From contig DCYW01000019.1 in assembly GCA_002331185.1 (NCBI GenBank), positions 1 through 55,346 on the forward strand: DNA of 55,346 nucleotides, written 5' to 3'. Under the pieces are notes generated by a model, which worked only from the letters and a program-made list of their open reading frames with translations, searched no databases and was not told the DNA's origin. This document shows positions 19,530-28,282 of this stretch, one piece after another (position 1 is the stretch's first letter; the number at the start of each line of letters is the position of its first letter). The DNA is from Patescibacteria group bacterium UBA2100. GTDB lineage: Bacteria > Patescibacteriota > Minisyncoccia > Phycocordibacterales > UBA2100. Both the position numbers and the translations under genes were made by a program.

Positions 19530-19937
19530 ATGAATAAAATTATTTGCTATACGGATGGTGCGTCGCGTGGGAATCCTGGATTGGCATCAGCAGGGGCGGT
19601 TATTTTTCAAGGCGAAAGTGTACTCGCTGAGATTCGTTCACCACTGGGTGTTCAAACCAATAACTGGGCTGAATATGAGGCAGTGGTACAAGTGTTGCAA
19701 AAAATTAGAGAGTTAGACGTGTCGGACAGACGCATTGAAATACGTATGGATAGTAAACTGGTTGCTGAGCAACTTTCAGGAAATTGGAAGATAAAAAAAG
19801 ATACACTGCGCGAGCAATACAATAAGATCCAAGACATTCTTCAAGATGGTTTTGGAGACGTTGCATACGTCCATGTTCGACGAGAAAAAAATACCTATGC
19901 AGACAGGTTGGCAAACGAAGCGCTAGACGCTCAGTGA
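19530..19937 (+). CDS. rnhA: Ribonuclease HI family protein
   Basis: YTDGASRGNPG.., NNWAEYEA, MDSKLV, ..ADRLANEA: an RNase H DEDD-type pattern. Confidence 0.85.
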   Translation: MNKIICYTDGASRGNPGLASAGAVIFQGESVLAEIRSPLGVQTNNWAEYEAVVQVLQKIRELDVSDRRIEIRMDSKLVAEQLSGNWKIKKDTLREQYNKIQDILQDGFGDVAYVHVRREKNTYADRLANEALDAQ

Positions 19938-21379
19938 GTATGTACCGATTTCTCCCCGTATTATTCGGGGCGTTTGCCTTGGGGGTTGCAGCACGATCAT
20001 TTTATGAAGTTGGTTTGGCTTTTGTAGGCCTTTTTGTTTTGAGTGCCCTGTGTATACTCCTGATATCACTGCGCCAACTGTTCGCGGCATGTGCGATAGT
20101 TCTTTTATTCTTTGCCTTGGGAGTTGGGCGTATGCATATCGCGATACCTACTGTGAATACAGACATGCACACAGAAGGCACTATTGTATTCGAAGGCGTG
20201 GTTGTAAGAGAACCAGATATTCGCGAAACATACACAAATATAGTTGTTGCACGAAATGATACAGCACAAAAAGTATTGGTAAGGACAACTTCTTTTGAGA
20301 ATATTTTTTATAAAGATAGCGTGCGAATACGTGGAACTCTTGAAGTTCCTGAAAATTTTGAAGGTGACGGAGGAAGGATTTTTAATTACAGAGCATATCT
20401 AGCAAAGGACGCTATTTACAGCATAATGGCGTTTCCTGAACTTGAAGTAATTACCAGTCGCTCAACCCCAACAGGATTTCTCTTGGCACTAAAAGGTAGG
20501 TACTTGGAATCATTAAAAGCTATTTTGCCTGAACCTTCAGCGGCACTTGCGGGAGGCATTACTGTCGGTGAGAGGCGTTCATTAGGCGATGAACTCACGC
20601 AAGATTTCCGTGACACAGGGCTCATACATATTGTAGTGCTCTCTGGTTACAATATTGCGATTGTCGTGTTGTTTATTGTTGCACTACTTTCATTTTTGCC
20701 GACTAAACCGAGGCACCTGGTTGCTATTGGAGGCATCATTTTATTTACTATTTTAGTTGGTGCTTCAGCAACAGTGGTACGCGCCGCAATAATGGGGAGT
20801 ATTGCCTCGTTGGGAGTTGTGGCGGGGCGCACCTCTACTGCACTCCATACGCTCATGCTTGCTGGATTTGCTATGTTGCTATGGAATCCGTATCTATTGA
20901 TATATGATCCATCGTTCCAGCTTAGTTTCGTAGCAACTGCCGGATTGTTACTTGGAGTTCCACTACTTTTACCTCATCTTTCTTTTATTCCTGAAAAATA
21001 CGCACTTCGAGACATTTTCGCAGCTACTATTGCAACACAAATCGCTGTACTTCCGTTATTGGTGTATATGATAGGTGATATTTCATTAGTGGCAGTACTC
21101 GTTAATCTCCTCGTACTTCCGACAATACCCTTAGCTATGCTGTTTGTATTTTTGACTGGTGTAGTAGGAATGGTATTTCAACCACTCGCACTCTTGTTTG
21201 GAGTCATCGCGTACGCTTTCTTGTCGTATGTGATTTTACTCGTAGAGTTTTTTGCTGATGTCCCATTTGCGGTTATGAGCCTGCCAACATTTTCTTTTGC
21301 GTTTGTGGTTCTTGCATACGGGTTACTGAGTGCACTCGTATGGTATATACAAAGAAAAAACGGCTCAGTACAGAATTAA
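19934..21379 (+). CDS. comEC: ComEC/Rec2 competence channel, membrane part only (DUF4131-like plus competence domain)
   Basis: GLIHIVVLSGYNIAIV motif and about 10 TM helices; no metallo-beta-lactamase domain. Start is GTG 19934 (GTGA overlap with rnhA) or ATG 19940. Confidence 0.8.
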   Translation: MSMYRFLPVLFGAFALGVAARSFYEVGLAFVGLFVLSALCILLISLRQLFAACAIVLLFFALGVGRMHIAIPTVNTDMHTEGTIVFEGVVVREPDIRETYTNIVVARNDTAQKVLVRTTSFENIFYKDSVRIRGTLEVPENFEGDGGRIFNYRAYLAKDAIYSIMAFPELEVITSRSTPTGFLLALKGRYLESLKAILPEPSAALAGGITVGERRSLGDELTQDFRDTGLIHIVVLSGYNIAIVVLFIVALLSFLPTKPRHLVAIGGIILFTILVGASATVVRAAIMGSIASLGVVAGRTSTALHTLMLAGFAMLLWNPYLLIYDPSFQLSFVATAGLLLGVPLLLPHLSFIPEKYALRDIFAATIATQIAVLPLLVYMIGDISLVAVLVNLLVLPTIPLAMLFVFLTGVVGMVFQPLALLFGVIAYAFLSYVILLVEFFADVPFAVMSLPTFSFAFVVLAYGLLSALVWYIQRKNGSVQN

Positions 21380-21392
21380 CTGTACTGAGCCG
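21361..21392. terminator. Bidirectional hairpin between convergent comEC and the orphan ORF
   Basis: 13-bp stem cggctcagtacag/ctgtactgagccg spanning the comEC stop codon. Confidence 0.6.
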
Positions 21393-21414
21393 CCTTATGT
21401 TTTTCTACAGAGGG

Positions 21415-22032
21415 CTAGTCTGCCGCCACGCTCACGTCGGACGATCCTTGGTTGTCATCTTGAATCGTCGAAGATTCGATTTTTTGACCAACCGCATGTG
21501 CGTCGATACGATGCTGCAAGCCAGTCATGGTGCCACGGAACCATTTCTTGTTCGTGAAACCAAGAAGTTTGGCCGTAGTTTGACACGTATCAGAGACAAT
21601 CTCGAGATCACTCGTTGGGATAGCGAATTCGTCGAGCACCATCAAAGCAGCGCGGAAGTGGATTCCTGACAACATTGAATTTTCGTTGATTGCTTCCATA
21701 AAGTTCATTACCGACTCATGCAGCAACATCAGATCTTCATGGTGTCCGATAGACATAGCCACGAGTTGTCCGTGTACGTCCGCAATGCGGGATATGAACA
21801 GCACACCGATGTGCTCAGCAGTCGTTTCGAACATTTTGAGCAGATGTCCAACTTCGCCATCGTCGACGGGAGATGTTGCATCCTTAGCAAAACGTGTCGT
21901 CGCAGCGATTGAGGCAATAGCAAACAATGTCTCACCAGGTGCTTCCCAGTCTGGCTGAGTCGCGATCGTTTCGAACAAGGTAGCAATTGCGGTGCTTGCA
22001 ACGAGCTGACGTTCGTGATTTCTTGATTTCAT
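21415..22032 (-). CDS. Hypothetical protein (orphan)
   Basis: 205-aa ORF from the ATG at 22032 (MKSRNHE..). No motif I recognise. Confidence 0.5.
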   Translation of the reverse strand: MKSRNHERQLVASTAIATLFETIATQPDWEAPGETLFAIASIAATTRFAKDATSPVDDGEVGHLLKMFETTAEHIGVLFISRIADVHGQLVAMSIGHHEDLMLLHESVMNFMEAINENSMLSGIHFRAALMVLDEFAIPTSDLEIVSDTCQTTAKLLGFTNKKWFRGTMTGLQHRIDAHAVGQKIESSTIQDDNQGSSDVSVAAD

Positions 22033-22150
22033 AACTGAAACCCTTCTTTTGAAAGAACAAACCACTCTCTTAGGGTGGTGTCCTGCAGGGTGCAGAACCG
22101 AGAAAAGGTATCATTCACCAATTATGTGTCAAGTTTTGTATGGATAAGTA

Positions 22151-22747
22151 TTACTGAGCAGAATCAAAACGTTCTGTAGCAACATCCCAATTGAGGTTTT
22201 TGAGGAACGCGTCAACGTGTTGCGCCTTTTCTGCGGGTAAGTAATCTACCATGTATGCATGTTCCCACATGTCTACGGTAAGGAGTATATCTATATCAGC
22301 AAGCATACCGAGTTCGTGATCTGTCGTCCACCAGACGTGTGGTTGCTTTGCTTTTTTATCCCAACCGAGTGTTGTCCACCCAGATCCTCGGCTCATGGCA
22401 ACTTGTTTAAAGTGCGTGACGAACTCTTCCCAGCTTCCATATTTTGTGGCAATCGCTGTGTCAAGTGCGGTTCCACGAGGTTCATCTGTTTTTCCACCTA
22501 CCCACTGCGAAAAATAGAATTCATGCATGCGCATTCCGTTAAATTCAAACCCTAAACGACGACGTGCTGATTCAATAGCAAACGCGTATTTCTCAGCATT
22601 TTCCTTCGTTAGATCGGCTACTTGCTCACGCAATATATTGATTTGTTTCACATACCCATTGTATAAACCAATGTGTACATCAAGTTGTTTTTCTGAAATA
22701 CCGTCTAGTTCTGGGAAATTAAATATTTGAGCTTCGTATGTATGCAT
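22151..22747 (-). CDS. Fe/Mn superoxide dismutase family protein
   Basis: C-terminal signature DMWEHAYMVDY and a typical length. Confidence 0.85.
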   Translation of the reverse strand: MHTYEAQIFNFPELDGISEKQLDVHIGLYNGYVKQINILREQVADLTKENAEKYAFAIESARRRLGFEFNGMRMHEFYFSQWVGGKTDEPRGTALDTAIATKYGSWEEFVTHFKQVAMSRGSGWTTLGWDKKAKQPHVWWTTDHELGMLADIDILLTVDMWEHAYMVDYLPAEKAQHVDAFLKNLNWDVATERFDSAQ

Positions 22748-22877
22748 ATAAATATAACTATGTGCTAATTACACGCATCATACCACGCACTTTTTGATAT
22801 ACCATCATAGAACACATAAGAGTAGCGACTTCATTCCCGTCTTTTGCTAAGTTTTTTGTGCACACGTATATATTGTA

Positions 22878-22901
22878 AATATACTGATGCATCATTATAT
22901 T
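22878..22901. promoter_or_regulatory. 24-bp near-palindrome AATATAcTGATGCATCAtTATATT (one mismatched pair) at the TrpR/YerC-like gene start
   Basis: Same TGATGCATCA core. It overlaps a TATACT -10-like hexamer (22880-22885) and the first candidate ATG. Confidence 0.6.
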
Positions 22902-23345
22902 GACACTATGGCTTTCGTGTCCAAAAAGGTTTTTTCTACAGAAACGCAGAAACGTATTCGACAGCAGTTTATTGAATTATTTGCACGACAAAGAACGCGC
23001 AAAGCTATAGCGACCGTTCTTGATCAACTTCTTACTGATACTGAACGAATGATGGTGGCAAAACGGATTGTTTTGATTCTTATGTTGCATAACAACAGTT
23101 CGTACTATGAGATATACGAGGCGCTTGGCATTAGTACCGACACATCTGCCAGATGGCACACACTACTTAAAGCAGGGGAATTAGAGGCAATCACGAAAAG
23201 TCTAAAGCAGAAAAAAAGCAGGGAACATTTATTGGATACAGTGGAGATTATTTTACGCAGCGGTATGCCACCTATTGCTGGGAGAGATCGTTATTCGAGA
23301 ACATTCCAACTTATAGCTGAGGTGAAACAAAAAAAGCGTTGGTAA
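22887..23345 (+). CDS. TrpR/YerC-YecD-like helix-turn-helix DNA-binding protein
   Basis: LLTDTERMMVAKRIVLILML..SYYEIYEALGISTDTSARW matches the YerC/TrpR-like HTH pattern. The start could be ATG 22887 (inside a palindrome) or ATG 22908 (MAFVSKK). Confidence 0.6.
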   Translation: MHHYIDTMAFVSKKVFSTETQKRIRQQFIELFARQRTRKAIATVLDQLLTDTERMMVAKRIVLILMLHNNSSYYEIYEALGISTDTSARWHTLLKAGELEAITKSLKQKKSREHLLDTVEIILRSGMPPIAGRDRYSRTFQLIAEVKQKKRW

Positions 23346-23349
23346 TAAC

Positions 23350-23367
23350 ATAATGATGCATCATTAT
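23350..23367. promoter_or_regulatory. 18-bp perfect palindrome ATAATGATGCATCATTAT at the start of the ComEC-MBL gene
   Basis: It shares an identical 17-mer, TGATGCATCATTATATT (23354-23370), with 22885-22901. Confidence 0.6.
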
Positions 23368-24234
23368 ATTTCGGGAAATAGACTAAAGATTAGCGGAGTG
23401 CTCATATGCATGATGTTGGTGATCACAATAATTATTTGGTATCCGATTCTTAATACTGAGAATCACAAAACTCTTTCTGTTTCGTTTCTTGATGTAGGGC
23501 AGGGCGATGCAATTTTTGTTACGACTCCAAGCGGTAGGCAGATACTGATAGATGGGGGAAAAGACAATAGTGTGTTACATCAACTCAATGACGTGATGCC
23601 ATTTTGGGATCGGTCGATTGATGTTGTTGTTGCAACACACCCAGATGCCGACCACATAGGTGGGCTCGTTGAGGTGCTGAAACGCTATCGTGTTGCCACT
23701 TTCGTTTATTCTGGGGTGGAACAGGACACACAAGAAAATAATGCGATACTATCTTTAGTTCTTGAAAAAGATATTTATTCAGTTGCTGCGAGAAGAGGCC
23801 AGACCTATGATTTTGGAGATGGGGTCACCATGACTATACTGTTTCCAGATAGGGAAGTACGTGAGCTCGAATCAAACGCGGCGTCAGTTGTTGCACGAGT
23901 TGACTTTGGCGCGCATTCGTTTCTGCTCACGGGGGACGCCCCAAAAATGATAGAAGAGTACCTGCTTTCTTTAGGGAATGATCAATTGCAAAGCACAGTA
24001 CTTAAAGCAGGACACCATGGGTCAAAGACATCAAGTTCTCCTTTGTTTGTTGGATTTGTAGCACCAGAGTATGTAGTGATGTCGCGTGGGTGTAATAACA
24101 GATACGGACATCCACACGAAGAAGTTATAGCTGTATTGAATAATTTTGAGATTACTACATTCGATACCTGTGATGATGGACGAGTTACGTTTACTAGTGA
24201 CGGGCAGATACTACAGATTGAGGGATTTGACTAA
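23353..24234 (+). CDS. ComEC-type metallo-beta-lactamase domain protein (detached C-terminal ComEC module)
   Basis: One N-terminal TM helix, then FLDVGQGDAIFV.., VVATHPDADHIGG, GHHGS: the ComEC MBL nuclease-like domain. Confidence 0.8.
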   Translation: MMHHYISGNRLKISGVLICMMLVITIIIWYPILNTENHKTLSVSFLDVGQGDAIFVTTPSGRQILIDGGKDNSVLHQLNDVMPFWDRSIDVVVATHPDADHIGGLVEVLKRYRVATFVYSGVEQDTQENNAILSLVLEKDIYSVAARRGQTYDFGDGVTMTILFPDREVRELESNAASVVARVDFGAHSFLLTGDAPKMIEEYLLSLGNDQLQSTVLKAGHHGSKTSSSPLFVGFVAPEYVVMSRGCNNRYGHPHEEVIAVLNNFEITTFDTCDDGRVTFTSDGQILQIEGFD

Positions 24235-24253
24235 ATATATATTTGTGTAATAA

Positions 24254-24279
24254 TTACCTCCTGTCTTAAAAGGAGGTAA
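24254..24279 (+). promoter_or_regulatory. Hairpin pairing an anti-SD (TTACCTCC) with the SD (GGAGGTAA) of the 134-aa secreted-protein gene
   Basis: 8-bp perfect stem with a 10-nt loop; the ATG is at 24283. Confidence 0.5.
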
Positions 24280-24282
24280 GAA

Positions 24283-24687
24283 ATGCGAACAGTTCTTTTT
24301 TTGATTATTGTCGGGATATTTCTAAGCATTTCAAAAGTCTCTGCGGATGACTTTGAATGGTTAGAAACAACTGATGATTACTGGGTGAATGAAATCGGTT
24401 GTAGTGTTTCTCGTAACCCAATCAGTAGCCGTTGGGAGTTTGGCTATGAACAAACGTGGATTCTCAGGGAAATTGATTCGGGAAGATTCCAGTATGGGGA
24501 TGAAGCGTCCTTTCAAGAATTTCTCAGCCAATGTGGAACATTTTCTGTTATTCAGGAGCTACAGCAGGATTGGGAAAAGGAAAACCAAACGCCTCCGACG
24601 AATTCGCCTCAACATGAAAAAAGGCCGGAACGTTACGTTCCGGCCTTCTTCTTTTTCAATGTGCTTAAATCAATCCAGCGGCTTTGA
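24283..24687 (+). CDS. Hypothetical secreted protein
   Basis: Strong SD (AAGGAGG) 5 nt upstream and a signal peptide ending SKVSADD. The 3' end reads through the rpmB terminator hairpin. Confidence 0.55.
   Translation: MRTVLFLIIVGIFLSISKVSADDFEWLETTDDYWVNEIGCSVSRNPISSRWEFGYEQTWILREIDSGRFQYGDEASFQEFLSQCGTFSVIQELQQDWEKENQTPPTNSPQHEKRPERYVPAFFFFNVLKSIQRL
24621..24647. terminator. Bidirectional terminator downstream of rpmB
   Basis: 12-bp stem aaggccggaacg/cgttccggcctt, flanked by an A-run on one side and a T-run on the other. Confidence 0.7.
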
Positions 24688-24907
24688 GTGTTTTATACAC
24701 CCCGTTCTTGTTTATAGTTTTAATTGCTTTAGTTGAGATAACCGTGGTTACCTTTTTACCAAGCTCTGGCACAAAGAAGGTTTTCTTTTGAAGGTTCACA
24801 AAGCGACGTTTTTTTCCGCCGTGGTTAAACTGCGTTGCACGCGTACGGTTACTGTAGCGTCCACCTACTTGAGATTTTTTTCCTGTCACCACACATTCCT
24901 TTGCCAT
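24665..24907 (-). CDS. rpmB: 50S ribosomal protein L28
   Basis: MAKECVVTGKKSQVGGRYS..: an L28 pattern. Start moved to the ATG at 24907. Confidence 0.88.
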   Translation of the reverse strand: MAKECVVTGKKSQVGGRYSNRTRATQFNHGGKKRRFVNLQKKTFFVPELGKKVTTVISTKAIKTINKNGVYKTLKAAGLI

Positions 24908-24950
24908 AGTGGACGCCATGTTACCATAGGGGTACTTAATAGGCAATGAT

Positions 24951-25577
24951 ATGGGAGCAGATATACTTTTTCTTATAGCAATTTTAGTTGTTTCAGTGAT
25001 TATTCATGAGGTATCTCACGGGTTTGTTGCTAATTGGCTTGGCGATCCAACTGCGCGACTAGAGGGGCGACTGACGCTGAATCCGGTGAGTCACATCGAT
25101 CCAATGGGTTCATTGGTGCTTCCAGCGATTCTTGCACTTTCCAGTTCACCATTTCTTTTTGGATGGGCAAAGCCAGTACCGTATAATCCCTATAATTTGC
25201 AACGTGGAGGCAGGTGGGCCGAGGCGCTAGTTGCAGGCGCAGGCCCAGCAGCGAATGTACTCATTGCGGTGGTGTTTTCAATACTCATTCGAATAGATGT
25301 ATTGCCCGCTGCTACAGTGAGTCTGGCAGTGTCAATAGTGTTCCTCAACATACTTCTTGCACTCTTTAATCTACTTCCTATTCCACCACTTGATGGATCA
25401 AAAGTGTTTCCTCAGTTGTTACCACACAATCTTGCAGTTCACTATCACCGGTTACGCATGGTTCTTGAACAGAATCTTTTCCTTGGGTTTGGTGTGGTCA
25501 TTGTATTCATTTTGGTGTTTGGTTCATGGTTGGCGTCGCTGATTACGGCTATTACTCGGTTTTTAATTGGTGCTTAA
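24951..25577 (+). CDS. Site-2 protease family (peptidase M50) membrane metalloprotease
   Basis: HEVSHG zinc motif inside a TM helix, and a later NLLPIPPLDG motif. Confidence 0.8.
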   Translation: MGADILFLIAILVVSVIIHEVSHGFVANWLGDPTARLEGRLTLNPVSHIDPMGSLVLPAILALSSSPFLFGWAKPVPYNPYNLQRGGRWAEALVAGAGPAANVLIAVVFSILIRIDVLPAATVSLAVSIVFLNILLALFNLLPIPPLDGSKVFPQLLPHNLAVHYHRLRMVLEQNLFLGFGVVIVFILVFGSWLASLITAITRFLIGA

Positions 25578-25578
25578 T

Positions 25579-26817
25579 ATGTTTGAAGGATTACGTAAGA
25601 AAATCGGAGAGACTTTTAAAGAAGAGATGGTAGAAGAACACATTGTTGTCGATGTAAATGAAAATAATCCAGAGCAGATGGCTAGTACAACTGCATCTGA
25701 TCTGGCTGCTGTGCGAAACCGTGTTGCTACAGCACGAGCTGCAGAGGAAACAAAAAGAGTTCCTAAAGAAGTGCTAGAAGCTATGGCGAGTATTACAAAC
25801 GATGTTACCGCTATGGAGTCTGAGGTAAAGGGACCGATTGTTTCAGAAACACTGCCAAGTAAAACGACACTGCCTAAGGATTTTCAAACATATACTCCAC
25901 CAGCTTCACCCCGTCAACCGATACATGTTTCGCCTGCTGAAGCACAACCTTCTTTAATCACTGACCAGATAAAAGAGACAGCTGGTGACCGTGGACATCT
26001 TGCAACCATGGCACATATGCGCGAGGAAGCTGCAAAAGAAACGGGTATAAAACCATCCTCACTTAGTATCGATTTGGGTTCACTGGATGCACCGCTACCA
26101 CTGCCTACGAAAGAAACGATTGGTGCAAAAAGTGTAGAATCAATAAAGGAAGAGCCAGTTATTAAAAAAACAATAAGAGAAAATAAGCCAGTTAATGAAG
26201 GAGGCACTTCTGAGATTGAGGCAACACTTGCTGCTATTAGAGGTGAGGATGTTCATATAAAAACTTCTGCCAACGAAATCATTACTGATGTACCAGTTAA
26301 TAAAGTTTTATCTGAAACACCAACAGAAAAGAAAGATGCGCTTATAGAAGCAACTGTTTCTGCTGAGAGTAACGATGCAGAAAAACCAGTAACAGAAGAA
26401 GCTGAAAAAAAGACTATACCAACTCGTATTGAATCACGGGAACCTATTGAAGAAGTGATAGAAGAGAATCCGCAAGCTAGTGTGGAAGGGGATAACCCCA
26501 CTGTAATTACAACGCCTACGCCTGAGAAAAAAACAACAAAAGAATCGAGCTTGTTGCTACCTACCGAGCTCGAATTAGAACGTATATTAAGTGGAGCACA
26601 GAATGAAATTGATGCTGAAAGAAAAGAGGAAATTAAAGAAGCGTTAGCACTCTATATAGCAAGCGATATGAATCTCAGGGAGCTTTTAGATGGTGTGGTA
26701 ACAGAAGATAAAAGACCATTGATTGAAATGGTAAAAGGAGCTGGTCATGCCTCGGCAGATAAACAGGAGCTTGCGAAGGTAATTAATCGGGCGGGAGAAA
26801 TGAAACAAGCTGCTTAA
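25579..26817 (+). CDS. Hypothetical acidic E/T/K-rich protein
   Basis: 412-aa ORF starting 2 nt after the M50 stop. Low complexity, no motif. Confidence 0.5.
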   Translation: MFEGLRKKIGETFKEEMVEEHIVVDVNENNPEQMASTTASDLAAVRNRVATARAAEETKRVPKEVLEAMASITNDVTAMESEVKGPIVSETLPSKTTLPKDFQTYTPPASPRQPIHVSPAEAQPSLITDQIKETAGDRGHLATMAHMREEAAKETGIKPSSLSIDLGSLDAPLPLPTKETIGAKSVESIKEEPVIKKTIRENKPVNEGGTSEIEATLAAIRGEDVHIKTSANEIITDVPVNKVLSETPTEKKDALIEATVSAESNDAEKPVTEEAEKKTIPTRIESREPIEEVIEENPQASVEGDNPTVITTPTPEKKTTKESSLLLPTELELERILSGAQNEIDAERKEEIKEALALYIASDMNLRELLDGVVTEDKRPLIEMVKGAGHASADKQELAKVINRAGEMKQAA

Positions 26818-26831
26818 ATACTAAAGAGCTG

Positions 26832-26860
26832 TTGCATTTAAGAGATGAGCGTAGTATATT
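26832..26860 (+). promoter_or_regulatory. Candidate sigma70-type promoter for rpsL (TTGCAT-17-TATATT)
   Basis: Hexamer match and spacing. Confidence 0.35.
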
Positions 26861-26894
26861 TTGCGCACTGCCTATTCGGGCGGCTTTGTATTAT

Positions 26895-27311
26895 ATGTCA
26901 ACAATTAACCAATTGGTTCGAAAGAAACGAAAAAGTGTTGCACGGAAGAGTAAGACAGTGGCTCTTCGACGTGGGTTCAACAGTTTGAAAAATAAGCCGT
27001 CCCGATACGCGTCTCCATTCAAGCGAGGAGTGTGTACTAAGGTAACAACAAAAACTCCACGTAAGCCGAACTCAGCTATTCGTAAAATTGCTCGTGTGCG
27101 TCTTACAAACGGAATGGAAGTTACTGCATACATCCCTGGAGAAGGACACAACCTACAAGAACACTCCGTAGTAATGATTCGCGGTGGTCGTGTTAAGGAT
27201 ATTGGTGTGCGATACACTGTTGTTCGTGGACGTCTTGATGCAGAAGGGGTTGGAAAGCGCCGAAGCGGACGTTCTAAATACGGAAACAAGAAACCTAAGG
27301 GCAACGAATAA
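26895..27311 (+). CDS. rpsL: 30S ribosomal protein S12
   Basis: [12 protein letters not shown].. and PKKPNSA-like KPNSAIRK; start at ATG 26895. Confidence 0.95.
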   Translation: MSTINQLVRKKRKSVARKSKTVALRRGFNSLKNKPSRYASPFKRGVCTKVTTKTPRKPNSAIRKIARVRLTNGMEVTAYIPGEGHNLQEHSVVMIRGGRVKDIGVRYTVVRGRLDAEGVGKRRSGRSKYGNKKPKGNE

Positions 27312-27316
27312 TATAT

Positions 27317-27787
27317 ATGCGACGACCACTTAAGAAAAAGCACATACTTGTAGAAGACTCTGTGTATGGATCAGTTAAAGTAACCAAGCTCATCAACTAT
27401 ATTATGGAGCGAGGGAAGAAGGACACTGCTCGAAAGATTGTATACATGGCTTTTGAAGAACTAAAAGGCAAAGATGGAAAAGAAGATCCACTAGCACTTT
27501 TTGAAACTGCTATTAAAAATGTCGCTCCTCTTATGGAGGTTCGCTCACGTCGAGTTGGTGGTGCAAACTATCAAGTTCCACGTGAGGTGCGTCCAGAACG
27601 CCGTCTTGCTCTCGCTCTACGATGGATTGTTGAAGCAGCTCGAGCAGGTAAGGGGAACGAAATGTACAAACGACTTGCAGATGAAATTCGCAAAGCGGCT
27701 ACCGAGGAAGGTGAGGCAGTGAAGAAGCGTGAAAACACACATAAAATGGCAGATGCTAACAAAGCCTTTGCTCACTTTGCGTGGTAA
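27317..27787 (+). CDS. rpsG: 30S ribosomal protein S7
   Basis: Conserved S7 sequence (..VRSRRVGGANYQVP..). Confidence 0.95.
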   Translation: MRRPLKKKHILVEDSVYGSVKVTKLINYIMERGKKDTARKIVYMAFEELKGKDGKEDPLALFETAIKNVAPLMEVRSRRVGGANYQVPREVRPERRLALALRWIVEAARAGKGNEMYKRLADEIRKAATEEGEAVKKRENTHKMADANKAFAHFAW

Positions 27788-27807
27788 TTTAAAATTTTTG
27801 TATTTAG

Positions 27808-27841
27808 AAAAACCGCGAATCGCTATGATTTGCGGTTTTTT
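27808..27841 (+). terminator. Intrinsic terminator after rpsG
   Basis: aaaaaccgc..gcggtttttt. Confidence 0.75.
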
Positions 27842-27902
27842 GGAAGATGTTTTCATGGCACTGTATTTTACAGAGTTCGTATACTTTTTTGGAGGATAAC
27901 TA

Positions 27903-28253
27903 ATGTTTAAGTCGAAAGAACCCGTGCCTATTAACCCATGGGCTGGTGCTGAGGGTTCATATGTCTATGGTTTCCGGAACGAGCTTCGCATGATGGCTGA
28001 AAACCTAACACGGCAGTTCCGTGTAAAAATCAAAGACCCTTACTCGATACAAGTACGCTACGCTCCTTGGTCAAAAAAGGCTGAGCTATTCATCGGAGAT
28101 GAGGTACTCGCCCGAGTCTCTGTTGAAGGCGAGGTCAGCACCCCATCGATTATGATAGTCGAAACGTATATCGCAGAGCAGTACCACAAAATTTTTACCG
28201 ATGCGGTGTATTTACGCGTAAGGTTTATGCCAATGCTCCGGTTGGGTGAATGA
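27903..28253 (+). CDS. Hypothetical 116-aa protein inserted between rpsG and fusA
   Basis: GGAGG 7 nt upstream of the ATG, bracketed by two intrinsic terminators. No motif recognised. Confidence 0.55.
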   Translation: MFKSKEPVPINPWAGAEGSYVYGFRNELRMMAENLTRQFRVKIKDPYSIQVRYAPWSKKAELFIGDEVLARVSVEGEVSTPSIMIVETYIAEQYHKIFTDAVYLRVRFMPMLRLGE

Positions 28254-28256
28254 AAA

Positions 28257-28282
28257 AGAGGCGACACTTCGGTGTCGCCTCT
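28257..28282 (+). terminator. Intrinsic terminator after the 116-aa insert gene
   Basis: agaggcgacac-ttcg-gtgtcgcctct, then tcactttt. Confidence 0.75.

Noticed and set aside
21421-21520. G+C-content shift as evidence for horizontal transfer of the orphan ORF and the purC-like gene.
   Set aside because: Hand counts of 100-nt samples gave 52 G+C for the orphan ORF, 52 for SOD (22301-22400), 49 for purC-like (36241-36340) and 48 for rplB (35281-35380), versus 36 for the comEC membrane region (20281-20380). The spread tracks protein type rather than foreignness, so no HGT claim is made from composition.
24621-24647. The terminator hairpin lies inside the 3' end of the 24283-24687 ORF, which suggested the ORF might be spurious.
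   Set aside because: The ORF has a strong SD and a clean signal peptide. The hairpin is best explained as the rpmB terminator on the other strand. The gene is kept, with reduced confidence about its C-terminus.
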